A DNA stretch of 64,000 nucleotides from Chitinophagales bacterium (lineage in GTDB: Bacteria; Bacteroidota; Bacteroidia; Chitinophagales; Chitinophagaceae). The stretch is taken from assembly GCA_038244655.1 (NCBI GenBank), contig JBBRTG010000010.1, positions 12,303 through 76,302 on the forward strand, in the 5' to 3' direction. Under the pieces are notes generated by a model. The model saw only the letters and a program-made list of their open reading frames with translations, made no database searches and was not told the DNA's origin. Made by a program: the position numbers and the translations under genes. Positions 1-10,000 of the stretch are shown here, piece by piece (position 1 is the stretch's first letter; each line of letters starts with the position of its first letter).

Positions 1-314
1 TTTAATAAATAGGCAAGAAATAATGATACCACCAACTGAAGCGGAATGTGCAATAACAAAAATTTCAATGTATTGCCGATGGCTTTCCAAAAAAGGCGGT
101 CATGAAAAAGCCGGGAATAATTATCAACGCCTATAAATTTCATAGGAGAAATAATATTCCATTTATTGAATGTGAGAAAGAAACAAAATAAGACAGGGAA
201 CACAACGAACACTACCACAAAAATAAGATAGGGCGATACCAGAAGGTATGGCAACCATTTTTTCTTTTGTGAACGCTTTATTTTTTTATCCGGTATGTCT
301 ATGCTTAAGCTCAT
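1..314 (-). CDS. carbohydrate ABC transporter permease, N-terminal part (gene runs off the left edge)
   Basis: Absent from the ORF track because it is truncated. My translation of the minus strand from the ATG at 312-314 gives MSLSIDIPDKKIKRSQKKKWLPYLLVSPYLIFVVVFVVFPVLFCFFLTFNKWNIISPMKFIGVDNYSRLFHDRLFWKAIGNTLKF... This is the typical MalF/UgpA-type N-terminus: WxPYLLxSP, TM1, a loop, then FWxAxxNT. Confidence 0.75.
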   Translation of the reverse strand, partial: MSLSIDIPDKKIKRSQKKKWLPYLLVSPYLIFVVVFVVFPVLFCFFLTFNKWNIISPMKFIGVDNYSRLFHDRLFWKAIGNTLKFLLLHIPLQLVVSLFLAYLL

Positions 315-322
315 AATGGCAA

Positions 323-1378
323 TTAAAACTTTGAGGGCATCTTATTTTTATTTTTCAAAATTTCCTGCTGCAACTTCTTCTTTAATGCTGATGCTCCCGG
401 CAACTCACCTTTTAAATTTGCGGGCAATTGTTTACGATATGTATATTCAGCAACACCAATAGGATTCGACATTCCGCTTAATGCATACTCTACTTCTATT
501 GAATTCTTTTCTGCACAAAGTATAATACCGATTGAAGTATTTTCATCCGGCAGTTTTACCTGTTCGTTTAGTAAGTTTAAATAGAAATTCATTTTACCGG
601 CAAACTCCGGCTCAAATGTTCCAATCTTTAAATCAATAGCTACAAGACATTTCAACTTTCGTTGAAAAAATAACAGATCAACAAAATATTCTTTATCATT
701 TAAATGTAAGCGATATTGATTGCCAATGTATGAAAAGCCATAACCCAATTCAAGAATGAAGTCTTTTATATTTTCAACCAGGCGGTTTTCCAATTGTCTT
801 TCCAATAGGGGTTCTGCAATACCTAAGAACTCAAGATTATAATCGCTTTTTAATATTTCAGTTGCCTGTTCTGTAAGATGAGCAGGTAATGTGTTCTTAA
901 AGTTATGCTGTTTTTGAATTAAGTTTTGCCTTGTATGAGCTTCTGCTTTAATCTGATTGAGCAATGTATTACGGCTCCATGCTGCTTCTATAGTTTTTGA
1001 CAAATAGTAATGTCGCTGTTGTTCGTCTTTTATTTTTGTAAGTATAAGAATATTTTGGCCCCAGGGAAGGTGGAAAGCCAATTGCTGCAGTGTTTTATTG
1101 GATTGATACTCCAAAAAGAATTGTCGCATGAACCAAAGGTTTTGTGCAGAAAAACCTTTATTGCTTCCGGTTATTTTGTTAAGATCAGTAGCAAGTTGTT
1201 GAACCACTGATTTTCCCCAACCTTCTGCTTTCTGTTTTTTAACTATTGTACCACCTATGTTAAAATATAAATGCATTTGAGTTGTATTGAGTTCATGTGC
1301 AGCCTTTATGCGATGCTGCTCAATCTCTTTTAAAATCTCATTCAGAAGCAATTGATATGCTGATATTGCTGTTGCCAT
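323..1378 (-). CDS. PDDEXK nuclease domain protein, YhcG/DUF1016 family
   Basis: 351 aa. Family-typical helical N-terminal half, and a C-terminal PD-(D/E)XK core FVDLLFFQRKLKCLVAIDLKIG. Only 8 nt separate it from the downstream permease start. Confidence 0.8.
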   Translation of the reverse strand: MATAISAYQLLLNEILKEIEQHRIKAAHELNTTQMHLYFNIGGTIVKKQKAEGWGKSVVQQLATDLNKITGSNKGFSAQNLWFMRQFFLEYQSNKTLQQLAFHLPWGQNILILTKIKDEQQRHYYLSKTIEAAWSRNTLLNQIKAEAHTRQNLIQKQHNFKNTLPAHLTEQATEILKSDYNLEFLGIAEPLLERQLENRLVENIKDFILELGYGFSYIGNQYRLHLNDKEYFVDLLFFQRKLKCLVAIDLKIGTFEPEFAGKMNFYLNLLNEQVKLPDENTSIGIILCAEKNSIEVEYALSGMSNPIGVAEYTYRKQLPANLKGELPGASALKKKLQQEILKNKNKMPSKF

Positions 1379-1389
1379 TACTATGGTTT

Positions 1390-1512
1390 AAATCTCTAAC
1401 AGTTGTTGGAGATTTATTATTGACTATTTTTTAAATTCTCTAACAGCTGTTAGAGAATTATACTTGTTCATTTTTTTTTAAATATATTTCTGAAACAATT
1501 GTTTCAGAAATA
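1390..1512. promoter_or_regulatory. three long palindromes in the spacer upstream of the YhcG-like gene
   Basis: P1 at 1390-1415, aaatctctaacagttgttggagattt, is near-perfect. P2 at 1434-1459, aattctctaacagctgttagagaatt, is a perfect 26 bp palindrome. P3 at 1485-1512, tatttctgaaacaattgtttcagaaata, is a perfect 28 bp palindrome. P1 and P2 share the core tctctaacagYtgttRgaga. Confidence 0.6.
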
Positions 1513-1607
1513 AACATCCTATAAATTTTCAGAAGTTGCTCAAAATTTGTTTTTAGTAAAACTTGAAGTTTTTATATTCCATAGTTAAATTCATGCCTGC
1601 ACCCATT

Positions 1608-2816
1608 TTAATATTTCTTTCCGATTTTAGTAACCTGCTCTGCTATTCTTAATGATTCAACCGCATTATTGTCATCTATAATTCTTATATGGTTTTTATT
1701 TTTGATCCAGCTCCATTGATCGGCTAACATATTCGTAAGCATTTGCTGGTAGCGGCTTTGCTTCTCAGCACTGCTTCCATATTCAATCGTTACATGATCA
1801 TCAAAGCTTATCTCAGAAAATTTTCCCCGCACTTTCTTATTCGTTTGATTTGTATCATGTTTAACTATTGCAAATAGCCCAATCAATTCATGAAGCGTTT
1901 TCAATTCTTCTTTTTTTAAAAGCCCATGCAATTTCATTTTAACCGGAATCCATTCATACAAAGTGATGTCACCTCTTTCAAATTGCAACCGCATTTCCTG
2001 CCTGTCTAAAATTTTCGGCTGATCAAATCCATGATAAAAATTTACTATTCCATCTTTATATAACAGTGTAGCCTGAACGCGGTCATACATTTTTGTATTT
2101 ACATTTTCACGATGCAATTGAATAGCGTTTATAACCTTACCGTTACCTAGCCAACCTGAAAACATGTCAAAAAAATGAACACCATGCTCAATAAATATTC
2201 CACCACTTTTTTCTTCATTCCAAAACCAATGTTGCTCATTTAAATTTTCATCACTTGCATAATTTTCAAAAAAGCCATGAAGAAAATTGCCCATTATTTT
2301 TTGATCAATTATTTTTTTAACTGTTGTATACAATGGATTGTAACGTTGGATTAAATTAACCACATACAATAAATTTCGCTCTTTCGCCAACGATTGTAAT
2401 TCTTCTGCTTCACTGGTTTTTAATGCTGCAGGCTTTTCACAAATAACATGCTTTCCAGCTTGCAGTCCCGCTTTCGAGATTTCGTAATGGAGAAATGGTG
2501 GCGTTGCAATATAAATGAGATCAACATTTTTATCTTCCAAAAGCTTTCCGTATTGCAGATAAAATTTTGCATTTAATTCCTGAGCAAGCAAATTTCCATT
2601 TCCTTTATTTATATCTGAAACAGCAACAATTTTTATTCCCTTTATTTTTAAAAATGCTTTGGCTGCGAAAGATGCAAAGTTACCGGCGCCAATTATTCCG
2701 ATGGGTAAGGCCTCACCTCTCCATAGAAATCCTTTGGACAACCCCTCTTCCGAGGGAGAGGGAACTATCTTACCAAATGCTCTTTCAACAGATTTATTTT
2801 GATTAATTATATTCAA
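1608..2816 (-). CDS. Gfo/Idh/MocA family oxidoreductase
   Basis: Rossmann motif IGIIGAGNFASFAAKAF followed by family-typical EKP (HVICEKPAA). The first ~35 codons are encoded by a REP-like repeat, so the true start may be the in-frame TTG at 2739-2741. Confidence 0.85.
   Translation of the reverse strand: MNIINQNKSVERAFGKIVPSPSEEGLSKGFLWRGEALPIGIIGAGNFASFAAKAFLKIKGIKIVAVSDINKGNGNLLAQELNAKFYLQYGKLLEDKNVDLIYIATPPFLHYEISKAGLQAGKHVICEKPAALKTSEAEELQSLAKERNLLYVVNLIQRYNPLYTTVKKIIDQKIMGNFLHGFFENYASDENLNEQHWFWNEEKSGGIFIEHGVHFFDMFSGWLGNGKVINAIQLHRENVNTKMYDRVQATLLYKDGIVNFYHGFDQPKILDRQEMRLQFERGDITLYEWIPVKMKLHGLLKKEELKTLHELIGLFAIVKHDTNQTNKKVRGKFSEISFDDHVTIEYGSSAEKQSRYQQMLTNMLADQWSWIKNKNHIRIIDDNNAVESLRIAEQVTKIGKKY
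2709..2762. repeat. REP-like hairpin repeat, copy R1
   Basis: ggcctcacctctcc...cccctcttccgagggagaggg. Contains the GCCTCACC box plus a CCCTCT/AGAGGG hairpin. Related to the copies at 6899, 20826, 32781, 43627 and 43781. Confidence 0.7.
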
Positions 2817-2840
2817 TGAAATAATTTTGAATTTTCATTT

Positions 2841-4136
2841 TTATTTATTTTCATTTCTTAATAGTACATTCACTGCCGATTCTGCATCTGCTATTGCCTT
2901 TTCCGGCGTTTTCTTTCCATAGATAACACATGCTTCATATTCCTGCGAAATAATATCGAGCACTTCAACAATTACTTCGCAATTATCAATTCCTTTTACA
3001 TAAGGAATTTCTTTTGCAAAAGGCATCATCATCGGATTCTTTTTAAAATAATCTGCGTAATAATTATCTGTATCCAAATTTTTTCTTCGTGGTAACTGGC
3101 CGGTCACTTCAAGCAATTGAAGGTCCCCGTTTTTATCTACCAGTGTTTTTATAAACTCCCATGCCGCCTGCGGATTAGAACAAGTATTAAACATTACAAT
3201 ATTTTTTGGATCTGCATAAGTATAAACAGGGCCGGTATGATCATCGGGTACTATTGGCGTGAAATAATCAAAGTCAAAATCTCTTGATGGAATGTTATTC
3301 AAATATGAAATTTCCCAGGGGCCAGTCCACTTTGTAGCGATTGTTTGTATAACAAAAGGATCACTTGAAGCAGCAGTATTTTCCCTCGAAAAATAATCAT
3401 TGGTATATAAGCTTTGCAAAAAACGAAAAACTTCTATGGCATATTTATTATTAAACGCTGCTTTATTGTTTACAACTAACGGTGCGCCATTAGACGCTGC
3501 CAGGTATAATGTATAAAAATTAAATAATCGTTCATACCAGATAACCTTTACTGCGGTATAGCCAAAGCGTTTTGTTAAGGATGAATTACTATTATTTATT
3601 TTAAAAGTTTCGGCGGCTTGTAAATAAGCGCTGTACGTTTTTGGCAGAGACTGAATATTATTTTCTGCAAAAAGTTTTTTGTTGTAGATTGTCATTATCG
3701 GGTTTGCCTTCCATGGTACCTGGTAAATATGACCATCTGACGAAGTGATTTCTTTTATTGTATTGCTATCGCAACGCTCTTTAACAAAATCCATAAATCC
3801 TTTTAAAGTATCTAAAGGAATTAATACACCTGCATGAGCATACATCTCCACATTTCCCTGCCACATATTTGCATAAATATCGGGGGCTGATTTACCAACC
3901 ACTGCTGCAAGAATAACTTCTTCACTTGATTGCCCTTCGGGTATGGGCTGCATGTGTACCGGTGTAGCAACATGATCGTGATTCCATGTATCTTTTATTG
4001 CGGTACATAATTTTATTTCCTGGTTATTATTGGAACACCAGAATAATAATTCTTTATGTTGAACTGCATTATTTCTGCAGGATGTAGCACAAAAAACTAA
4101 AATTAAAACATACCAATATCGCTTAGTGAAATTCAT
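2841..4136 (-). CDS. extracellular solute-binding protein (sugar ABC transporter), lipoprotein
   Basis: 431 aa. Signal plus lipobox-like LVFCATSC. Family-1 SBP-like sequence (APDIYANMWQGNVEMYAHAGVLIPLD, WKANPIMTIYNKKLF). Confidence 0.8.
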   Translation of the reverse strand: MNFTKRYWYVLILVFCATSCRNNAVQHKELLFWCSNNNQEIKLCTAIKDTWNHDHVATPVHMQPIPEGQSSEEVILAAVVGKSAPDIYANMWQGNVEMYAHAGVLIPLDTLKGFMDFVKERCDSNTIKEITSSDGHIYQVPWKANPIMTIYNKKLFAENNIQSLPKTYSAYLQAAETFKINNSNSSLTKRFGYTAVKVIWYERLFNFYTLYLAASNGAPLVVNNKAAFNNKYAIEVFRFLQSLYTNDYFSRENTAASSDPFVIQTIATKWTGPWEISYLNNIPSRDFDFDYFTPIVPDDHTGPVYTYADPKNIVMFNTCSNPQAAWEFIKTLVDKNGDLQLLEVTGQLPRRKNLDTDNYYADYFKKNPMMMPFAKEIPYVKGIDNCEVIVEVLDIISQEYEACVIYGKKTPEKAIADAESAVNVLLRNENK

Positions 4137-4187
4137 TAGAAAAATTAAGAAAAAAAGTTTTTGAAACTTAACTTAAAAAATAATTCT

Positions 4188-4227
4188 AAAAAAAAACCCC
4201 CACAGGTTTTTGAATTTACTGCAGGGG
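4188..4227 (-). terminator. rho-independent terminator downstream of the LamG gene
   Basis: Minus-strand reading: cccctgcag-N13-ctgtggggg (9-bp stem with 2 G-U pairs), followed directly by T9. Confidence 0.7.
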
Positions 4228-4254
4228 TTTGTAAATAATTAACCCAATTTATAT

Positions 4255-5349
4255 TTAAAGGTCTTTTTGATTAACATAAATTGAATGTACCTGTGGCCCG
4301 TCAAGAGCAACATTATAAAGCATTACGTCATCAAGGTCTCCGGTCCAAAATCCACCCCATGCAACCTGGAAATCTCCATCTACAGTAAGATATTTATTGG
4401 TGGGTAGATCTTGCCCAATTACAAAATCAATTGGATTAGCAAGTGTAAGTGCGTTGCCAGGAACCGGGCCTGAAGAAGCTGCATCCCATGTTTTAACTGG
4501 ATCTCCATCAATATAAAAAACTTCAGTACCAGATGTAAATGTTACCACTAAATGATGCCATGCATTTTCAGCTATTGCGGTACCCGCATCATCACGATCA
4601 TAAATGGTTGTATCTCCAACTGCTTTTACAACTTTTACAGTATAGAAAGGTAAATGTCCTGATTGCAACTGGAATTTGTAACCATTCCAACGGTTCATAG
4701 CAACCATTGTATAGGTATCTGCATTGATTGTTCTGCCTGTTGATGACCATTTTGCCCAAAGACTTATTGACATTTGAGCAGGGTTAAGCGAAGCGTTGTA
4801 AGGCACATCAATATTAGCGCCATGATCAAAATGATAGGCCATGCCTGCACGTCCAAATCGATCGGCCGCAGGTGCAAGAACGCCTGCTCCAAAATAAGCA
4901 TGTCCCACTGTTATCACTCCGTTATTGCCATTACCGGATGAGTCATTAGCATTACCATTCATTTTCCAGAAACCAATTAAATTGACTGCTGCAATTTCTT
5001 TAATAAGATGTCCCTGGTAAGCTGCAATTGCCGCATCTAATTGTGCTTTTGTATTGTTTACTGATGTTTGGGTTGCACTTGAACTTGCTAAAACAGCTTT
5101 TGATGCAGTTAATGCTGTTGTTAAAGCGGCCTTGGTTCCTACTTCATACTGGCCCGGTTTTGTTCCTTCCACGGTATTATCATTAAGCCCCTGGGCTACT
5201 GTAACTGAGGCCTGCAACTGGGTTTTATCAGCAGGTGGCGGGGGCGGCGTAGAACTCTTTTTACTACAGGAAGTAATGACAACTCCTAAAAGGAAAGCCC
5301 AGATGAGCGTGGTTTTGAGAAATTTGAATTTCTGAATTGATGATTTCAT
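4255..5349 (-). CDS. LamG / concanavalin-A-like lectin domain lipoprotein
   Basis: 364 aa. Lipoprotein signal (VVITSCSKK), a poly-Pro linker, a helical Ala/Thr-rich segment, then a LamG-like C-terminal half (GNGNNGV...LDDVMLYNVAL). Confidence 0.7.
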   Translation of the reverse strand: MKSSIQKFKFLKTTLIWAFLLGVVITSCSKKSSTPPPPPADKTQLQASVTVAQGLNDNTVEGTKPGQYEVGTKAALTTALTASKAVLASSSATQTSVNNTKAQLDAAIAAYQGHLIKEIAAVNLIGFWKMNGNANDSSGNGNNGVITVGHAYFGAGVLAPAADRFGRAGMAYHFDHGANIDVPYNASLNPAQMSISLWAKWSSTGRTINADTYTMVAMNRWNGYKFQLQSGHLPFYTVKVVKAVGDTTIYDRDDAGTAIAENAWHHLVVTFTSGTEVFYIDGDPVKTWDAASSGPVPGNALTLANPIDFVIGQDLPTNKYLTVDGDFQVAWGGFWTGDLDDVMLYNVALDGPQVHSIYVNQKDL

Positions 5350-5393
5350 AATAAGAAAATTTTAAATTGTTTAATAATGTTTAAAAAATTGAA

Positions 5394-6893
5394 TTAATGC
5401 AAAGCCTTGTTTCTATCCCTTTCAATTTGAGGAATAGGAAAATGTTTATTTAAATCGTAATTAAAATTTGGTTTATCACTCAAAGCATGGGTTGCATAAT
5501 CTTTACCCCAGCGAATGAGATCGAAATAGCGGTGAAATTCAAAACCCAATTCAACACGCCTTTCATGCTGTATTGCCGTCCGTACATCAGACTGGCTCGT
5601 TGAAGTTATATCGGGCAAAAGTCCTGCCGGTATATTTGGATAGCCTGCCTGCAAAGAATCGTACTTGTAACTTTCCCTTGCTCTTTTTCTTACACGGTTA
5701 AGGGGAATTAAGGCATCGGCAGTATGGCCCGATTCATTCAAAGCTTCTGCATACCAAAGTAAAACATCCGCGTATCTTATAGCTATGTAATTAAGATTAC
5801 CATCGCTTTTATTTTGAACTTCCGATAGGGGCTGCTGATGTTTTCGTGTAAGATAACCGGTGCCTGGTGACCATGCTTTATCAAATATGCGGTTATTAAA
5901 CCAGGGCATAGAGTCGCGGCCAACTGTATAATCTAATCGCGGATCAACAATATTTGTCCCTGTTTTTTCAAATTCATCTACAAAATTTTGAGTAGGTGCA
6001 TTAAAGAAATATCCGTTGTCAATTTGCGGAGCGAAGTATTGATTTAATTCACTGCCAAGTTTTGGATCCTGGCCGGTTAAATGTTGTATTTCAAAAACTG
6101 ATTCTTTATTATTTTTAAATTTTTGATTAAAATTTTCGGTATAGAGTGGCATTAAATCATACACATTGCTGCTTACAATTTTTGCTGCTGTAATGGCAGC
6201 CTTATCCCATTTGCTTTCAAATAAATACGCTTTTGCCAACAATGCAGTAGCAGCGCCAGACGTAACCCTGCCAACATCCGGCCCGGTGTAACCTGGAGGA
6301 AGATTAGTTATTGCATCTGTGAGATCTGGTTCAATAACGGTTTCAAAAATTTGTTGTACGGGAGATTGTGGTATTTGTAATTGATCAGGAGGCAAGGGCG
6401 TTAAAATAACAGGCACATCTCCAAAAATATTGGTAAGCTCAAAATAATACCATGAACGTAAAAATTTTGCTTCACCAAGAATTCTTGCCTGTAATTCTTT
6501 ATCCATTTGTATTGGTGGCACTTTGCTTAATACGATATTGCAGCGTGTAATTCCATCATATAAAAGTGTCCATATACTCGCCAGATTTCCATTGGTGGAA
6601 TTAACGTTGAACTGATCTATAAATTCTATATCTGCCTGGTCGCCGGGATTACCTCCTTTTGCAGCATCATCAGATGCAACATCGCCAAACACCCATAACC
6701 TGTTATTATTAGAAGTTGTAAATGCGAGAGGCACGTAAGCTGCATTAATGGCCAATACTGCCTGGGCCTGTGTTTTATAAAATTCACTTTCTGGATATTG
6801 CCCCACTACATCTTTTGTAATGTATTTTTTGCATCCTGCTATGCTTAGCAGTAAGAATAGAATTAAAAATGTATTGATGATATTTTTTTTCAT
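5394..6893 (-). CDS. RagB/SusD family nutrient-uptake outer membrane lipoprotein
   Basis: SusD-like sequence throughout. I place the start at the ATG at 6891-6893 (MKKNIINTFLILFLLLSIAGCKKY, a lipoprotein signal). The 30-aa extension in the ORF track is read-through of a REP-like repeat. Confidence 0.9.
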   Translation of the reverse strand: MKKNIINTFLILFLLLSIAGCKKYITKDVVGQYPESEFYKTQAQAVLAINAAYVPLAFTTSNNNRLWVFGDVASDDAAKGGNPGDQADIEFIDQFNVNSTNGNLASIWTLLYDGITRCNIVLSKVPPIQMDKELQARILGEAKFLRSWYYFELTNIFGDVPVILTPLPPDQLQIPQSPVQQIFETVIEPDLTDAITNLPPGYTGPDVGRVTSGAATALLAKAYLFESKWDKAAITAAKIVSSNVYDLMPLYTENFNQKFKNNKESVFEIQHLTGQDPKLGSELNQYFAPQIDNGYFFNAPTQNFVDEFEKTGTNIVDPRLDYTVGRDSMPWFNNRIFDKAWSPGTGYLTRKHQQPLSEVQNKSDGNLNYIAIRYADVLLWYAEALNESGHTADALIPLNRVRKRARESYKYDSLQAGYPNIPAGLLPDITSTSQSDVRTAIQHERRVELGFEFHRYFDLIRWGKDYATHALSDKPNFNYDLNKHFPIPQIERDRNKALH

Positions 6894-6898
6894 ACGCA

Positions 6899-6955
6899 GC
6901 CTCACCCCAACCCCTCTTCTCCAAAGGAGTCCTTTCGGACAAAAGGAGAGAGACT
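6899..6955. repeat. REP-like hairpin repeat, copy R2 (long variant)
   Basis: gcctcaccccaacccctcttctccaaaggagtcctttcggacaaaaggagagag. Shares the aaggagtcctYtcgRac core with copy R3. Confidence 0.7.
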
Positions 6956-7001
6956 TGAAAGTCTTTGCAGATAAGTATTTCATAATAGTTTTAATTTTTT
7001 A

Positions 7002-7064
7002 ATAACACGAATTTGATGCACTAACCTGCCTGTCGGCAGGTTCGTATTTTATAATTCGTGTTAT
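7002..7064. promoter_or_regulatory. nested stem-loop in the SusC-SusD spacer
   Basis: Outer perfect 12-bp arms ataacacgaatt (7002-7013) and aattcgtgttat (7053-7064). They enclose a perfect 8-bp hairpin aacctgcc-tgtc-ggcaggtt (7023-7042). Confidence 0.65.
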
Positions 7065-7091
7065 ACTTTTCATTCAATCGTGTTTTATAAT

Positions 7092-10000
7092 TTAAAAATT
7101 CAAATTCAAACCTACTATATAACTCCTGGCACTTGGGTAAGTACCCCAATCAATTCCTGCACCTACATCTCCGCCATAGGTATCTCTTTTTACATTATCA
7201 CTTATGTGCATTTCAGGATCAAGACCGGTATAATTGGTTAGTGTCCATAAGTTTTGCCCGGTTACATACAATCTCAGGCTTTTTATCCGAAACCTGCTCA
7301 CAATTTTTCCCGGAATGGTATATCCTATCTGAAGATTTTTTAAACGCACATAAGATCCATCTTCAAGAAAGCGGCTGGATGGATATTTATTATTGGAAGC
7401 GCCATTGAAAGAAACCCTCGGCATCGTATTGCTTGTTCCCTCACCATGCCAGCGTTGATCATACACACGTTGTGTAACATTGAATGCACGATAGAACCCT
7501 TCAATATCCATATTCACCTGTGAATAAATTTTATTACCATATTGCCCCTGGAAGAAAACAGATAAATCAAAATTTCTGTATTCTAAATTGGCTGTTGCGC
7601 CGAAAGTATATTTTGGAATAGCGCTGCCGAGGAAAGTTCTGTCGTCTTCATTAATTACTCCGTCACCATTTTGATCTTTGAATTTTACATCACCGGGTTG
7701 TATATTTTTACCCTGATAAGCGCTGGCGAATACATCCGCCGCACTCTGAAAAATTCCTTCCTGTTCATAGAGATAAAATGATCCTATCGGATGGCCAACT
7801 GTAGTTAAGGTTGCATTATAGTTATTATCAATTCTTCCCCCGGCTATTGGCTGTCCATTACTTAAAGAAAGGACTTTATTTTGAAGGGTAGAAAAATTTA
7901 CACCAACATCATACTTAAACAAGTGAGCATTATTTTTATAATTAAGATCCACTTCGAGGCCTTGATTCTGCACTTTGCCTGCATTTAAATAAGGAGGTTT
8001 TGCACTTCCGCCTATCAATGGAAACGGTATAGGAATCAGCATGTCTGAAGTAGTTTTAATAAAATAATCTACTGTCAGGTTTAATTTATCTTCCCAAATA
8101 CCTACATCAATACCTCCATCTGCCTGGGTAGAAGATTCCCATTTTACTTTTGGATTACCAAGAGTTGCAATGGTTGATCCGGGATTGCTTATCGGGGTTT
8201 GGCCAAAAGGATAATTATAAAGATTTCCAATAATTGAAACGAATCCATAATCAGGAATTTCCTGATTACCCAACTGTCCGTAACTGGCTCTTAATTTTAA
8301 TTTAGAAATGGCAGGCAAATGATTCTGCACCCATTTTTCATTATGTGCATTCCAGCCTGCTGAACCTGAAAAGAATGTACCATATTGATTATCGGGACCA
8401 AACCTTGAAGATCCATCTCTGCGTACATTTGCCGATAGCAGGTACAAATTACGATATGAATAATTTGCATTACCAAAAAGGGAAAACAGTGCAGATTCAT
8501 TTTGGCTTTCAAAAGAAGTAGTAGAACCTATTAATCCATTTCCATTACCTAAATACCGAAAGCTTGAAGTTTGATTAGCAAAATCCCTGTCAGCGCCTCC
8601 ATGCAAATTATTTTTATTGCTGATTGCTTCAGTGCCGGCAAGAACAGATACATTGTGAACAGCATTAAATGTTTTATTATAACTAAGTGTATTATTCCAA
8701 ACAATATTCATGTTCGTGGATGTACTAACGGTTAGCCTGCTTGGATTATTTATACGCAGGTTGGTTCCATAATTTTCATCGAAACGTTTATCGTTAGTTA
8801 TAATTGCATCAAGACCTATATCAGATTTGAATTTTAAATTTTTAAGAATTTTATACTCTGCATATAAATTTGAAAACACGCGGTACTGAATTTCTTTATT
8901 ATCTGTTTTATTTGCCAAAGCAACAGGATTATACCCATCACCAAAAAAAGCAGGATATGCAGGAAGATCAGAATAAACACCGGCGCTGTCATAAACCGGT
9001 ATAGCAGGCGTACGAAATAATGCATAGCGAACAACGCTTCCACCGTTTCCTCCGTATCCATCGCCGGAGCTGCCTATTGCATTTTTTTTGGAATATGAAA
9101 GATTAATATTATTGGCAATGCTTAACTTATCATTGAGATCAATATTCAACTTAGATAATATTGAATATCGCTCGTACGATGAATTAAGAATAATGCCATC
9201 CTGTTTAAAATAATTTCCTGAAATGTAATAGAGCGTTTTATCATTCCCACCCCTTACAGATAACTGATGACTTTGAATTTGACCGTTTTGAAAAATTGCT
9301 TTTAACCAATCGGTATTTGCAATAGGCAAAGTGGAAGGAATTTTAGGCCGTATCAATGCAGGATTAGTAACACCCGCATTATCATTATCAGCAGCTTCAT
9401 TATACAATTCTACATACTCGGCTGTATTGGCCATCTTGGGTAAGTCTCCATGCGATTGAAAACCACCATACCCGGAATAATTAAATTGTGCCTTGCCTCT
9501 TTTGCCAGCTTTAGTTGTTATCAACACCACCCCATTAGCCGCACGTGAACCATATATCGCCGCTGAAGAGGCATCTTTTAAAACAACTATAGATTCAATA
9601 TCATTAGCAGAAAGAAAATTTATTCCATCCTTTGTTGGTATGCCATCTACAATAAAAAGAGGATTGTTATCATTTATAGTTCCTACGCCTCTTATCCTTA
9701 CTACAACCCCATCGCCCGGCTGGCCTGTGTTCTGTGTTATTCTTACGCCGGGCACTTTCCCTTCTAATGCCTGGTCAACACTAAGCACTGGTAATTTAGA
9801 AATGCCCCCAACGTTTACAACAGATACCGAACCTGAAAGATCACCACGCCTGCGGCTTTGATACCCAACTACCACTACCTCACTTAATTCCTTATTGGTA
9901 GATTCCATTTGTACATTTAATGATGTTTCACCTTTTACTGATACTTCAATAGTTTTATAACCAACTGTACTAAATACCAATACACCATTATCTGGTACAT

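Noticed and set aside
6894-6983. 30-codon N-terminal extension of the SusD gene in the ORF track (MKYLSAKTFKSLSFCPKGLLWRRGVGVRLR).
   Set aside because: It is encoded by REP-like copy R2. The internal Met at 6893 is followed by a canonical lipoprotein signal peptide.
9493-9861. Internal or antisense ORFs inside long genes: 9493-9861, 33663-34070, 42914-43354, 37043-37540, 52146-52559, 58712-59125, 61517-61912, and the many 60-100-aa entries.
   Set aside because: Each lies wholly within a longer ORF on the opposite strand or in another frame that has clear family signatures. None has a motif of its own.
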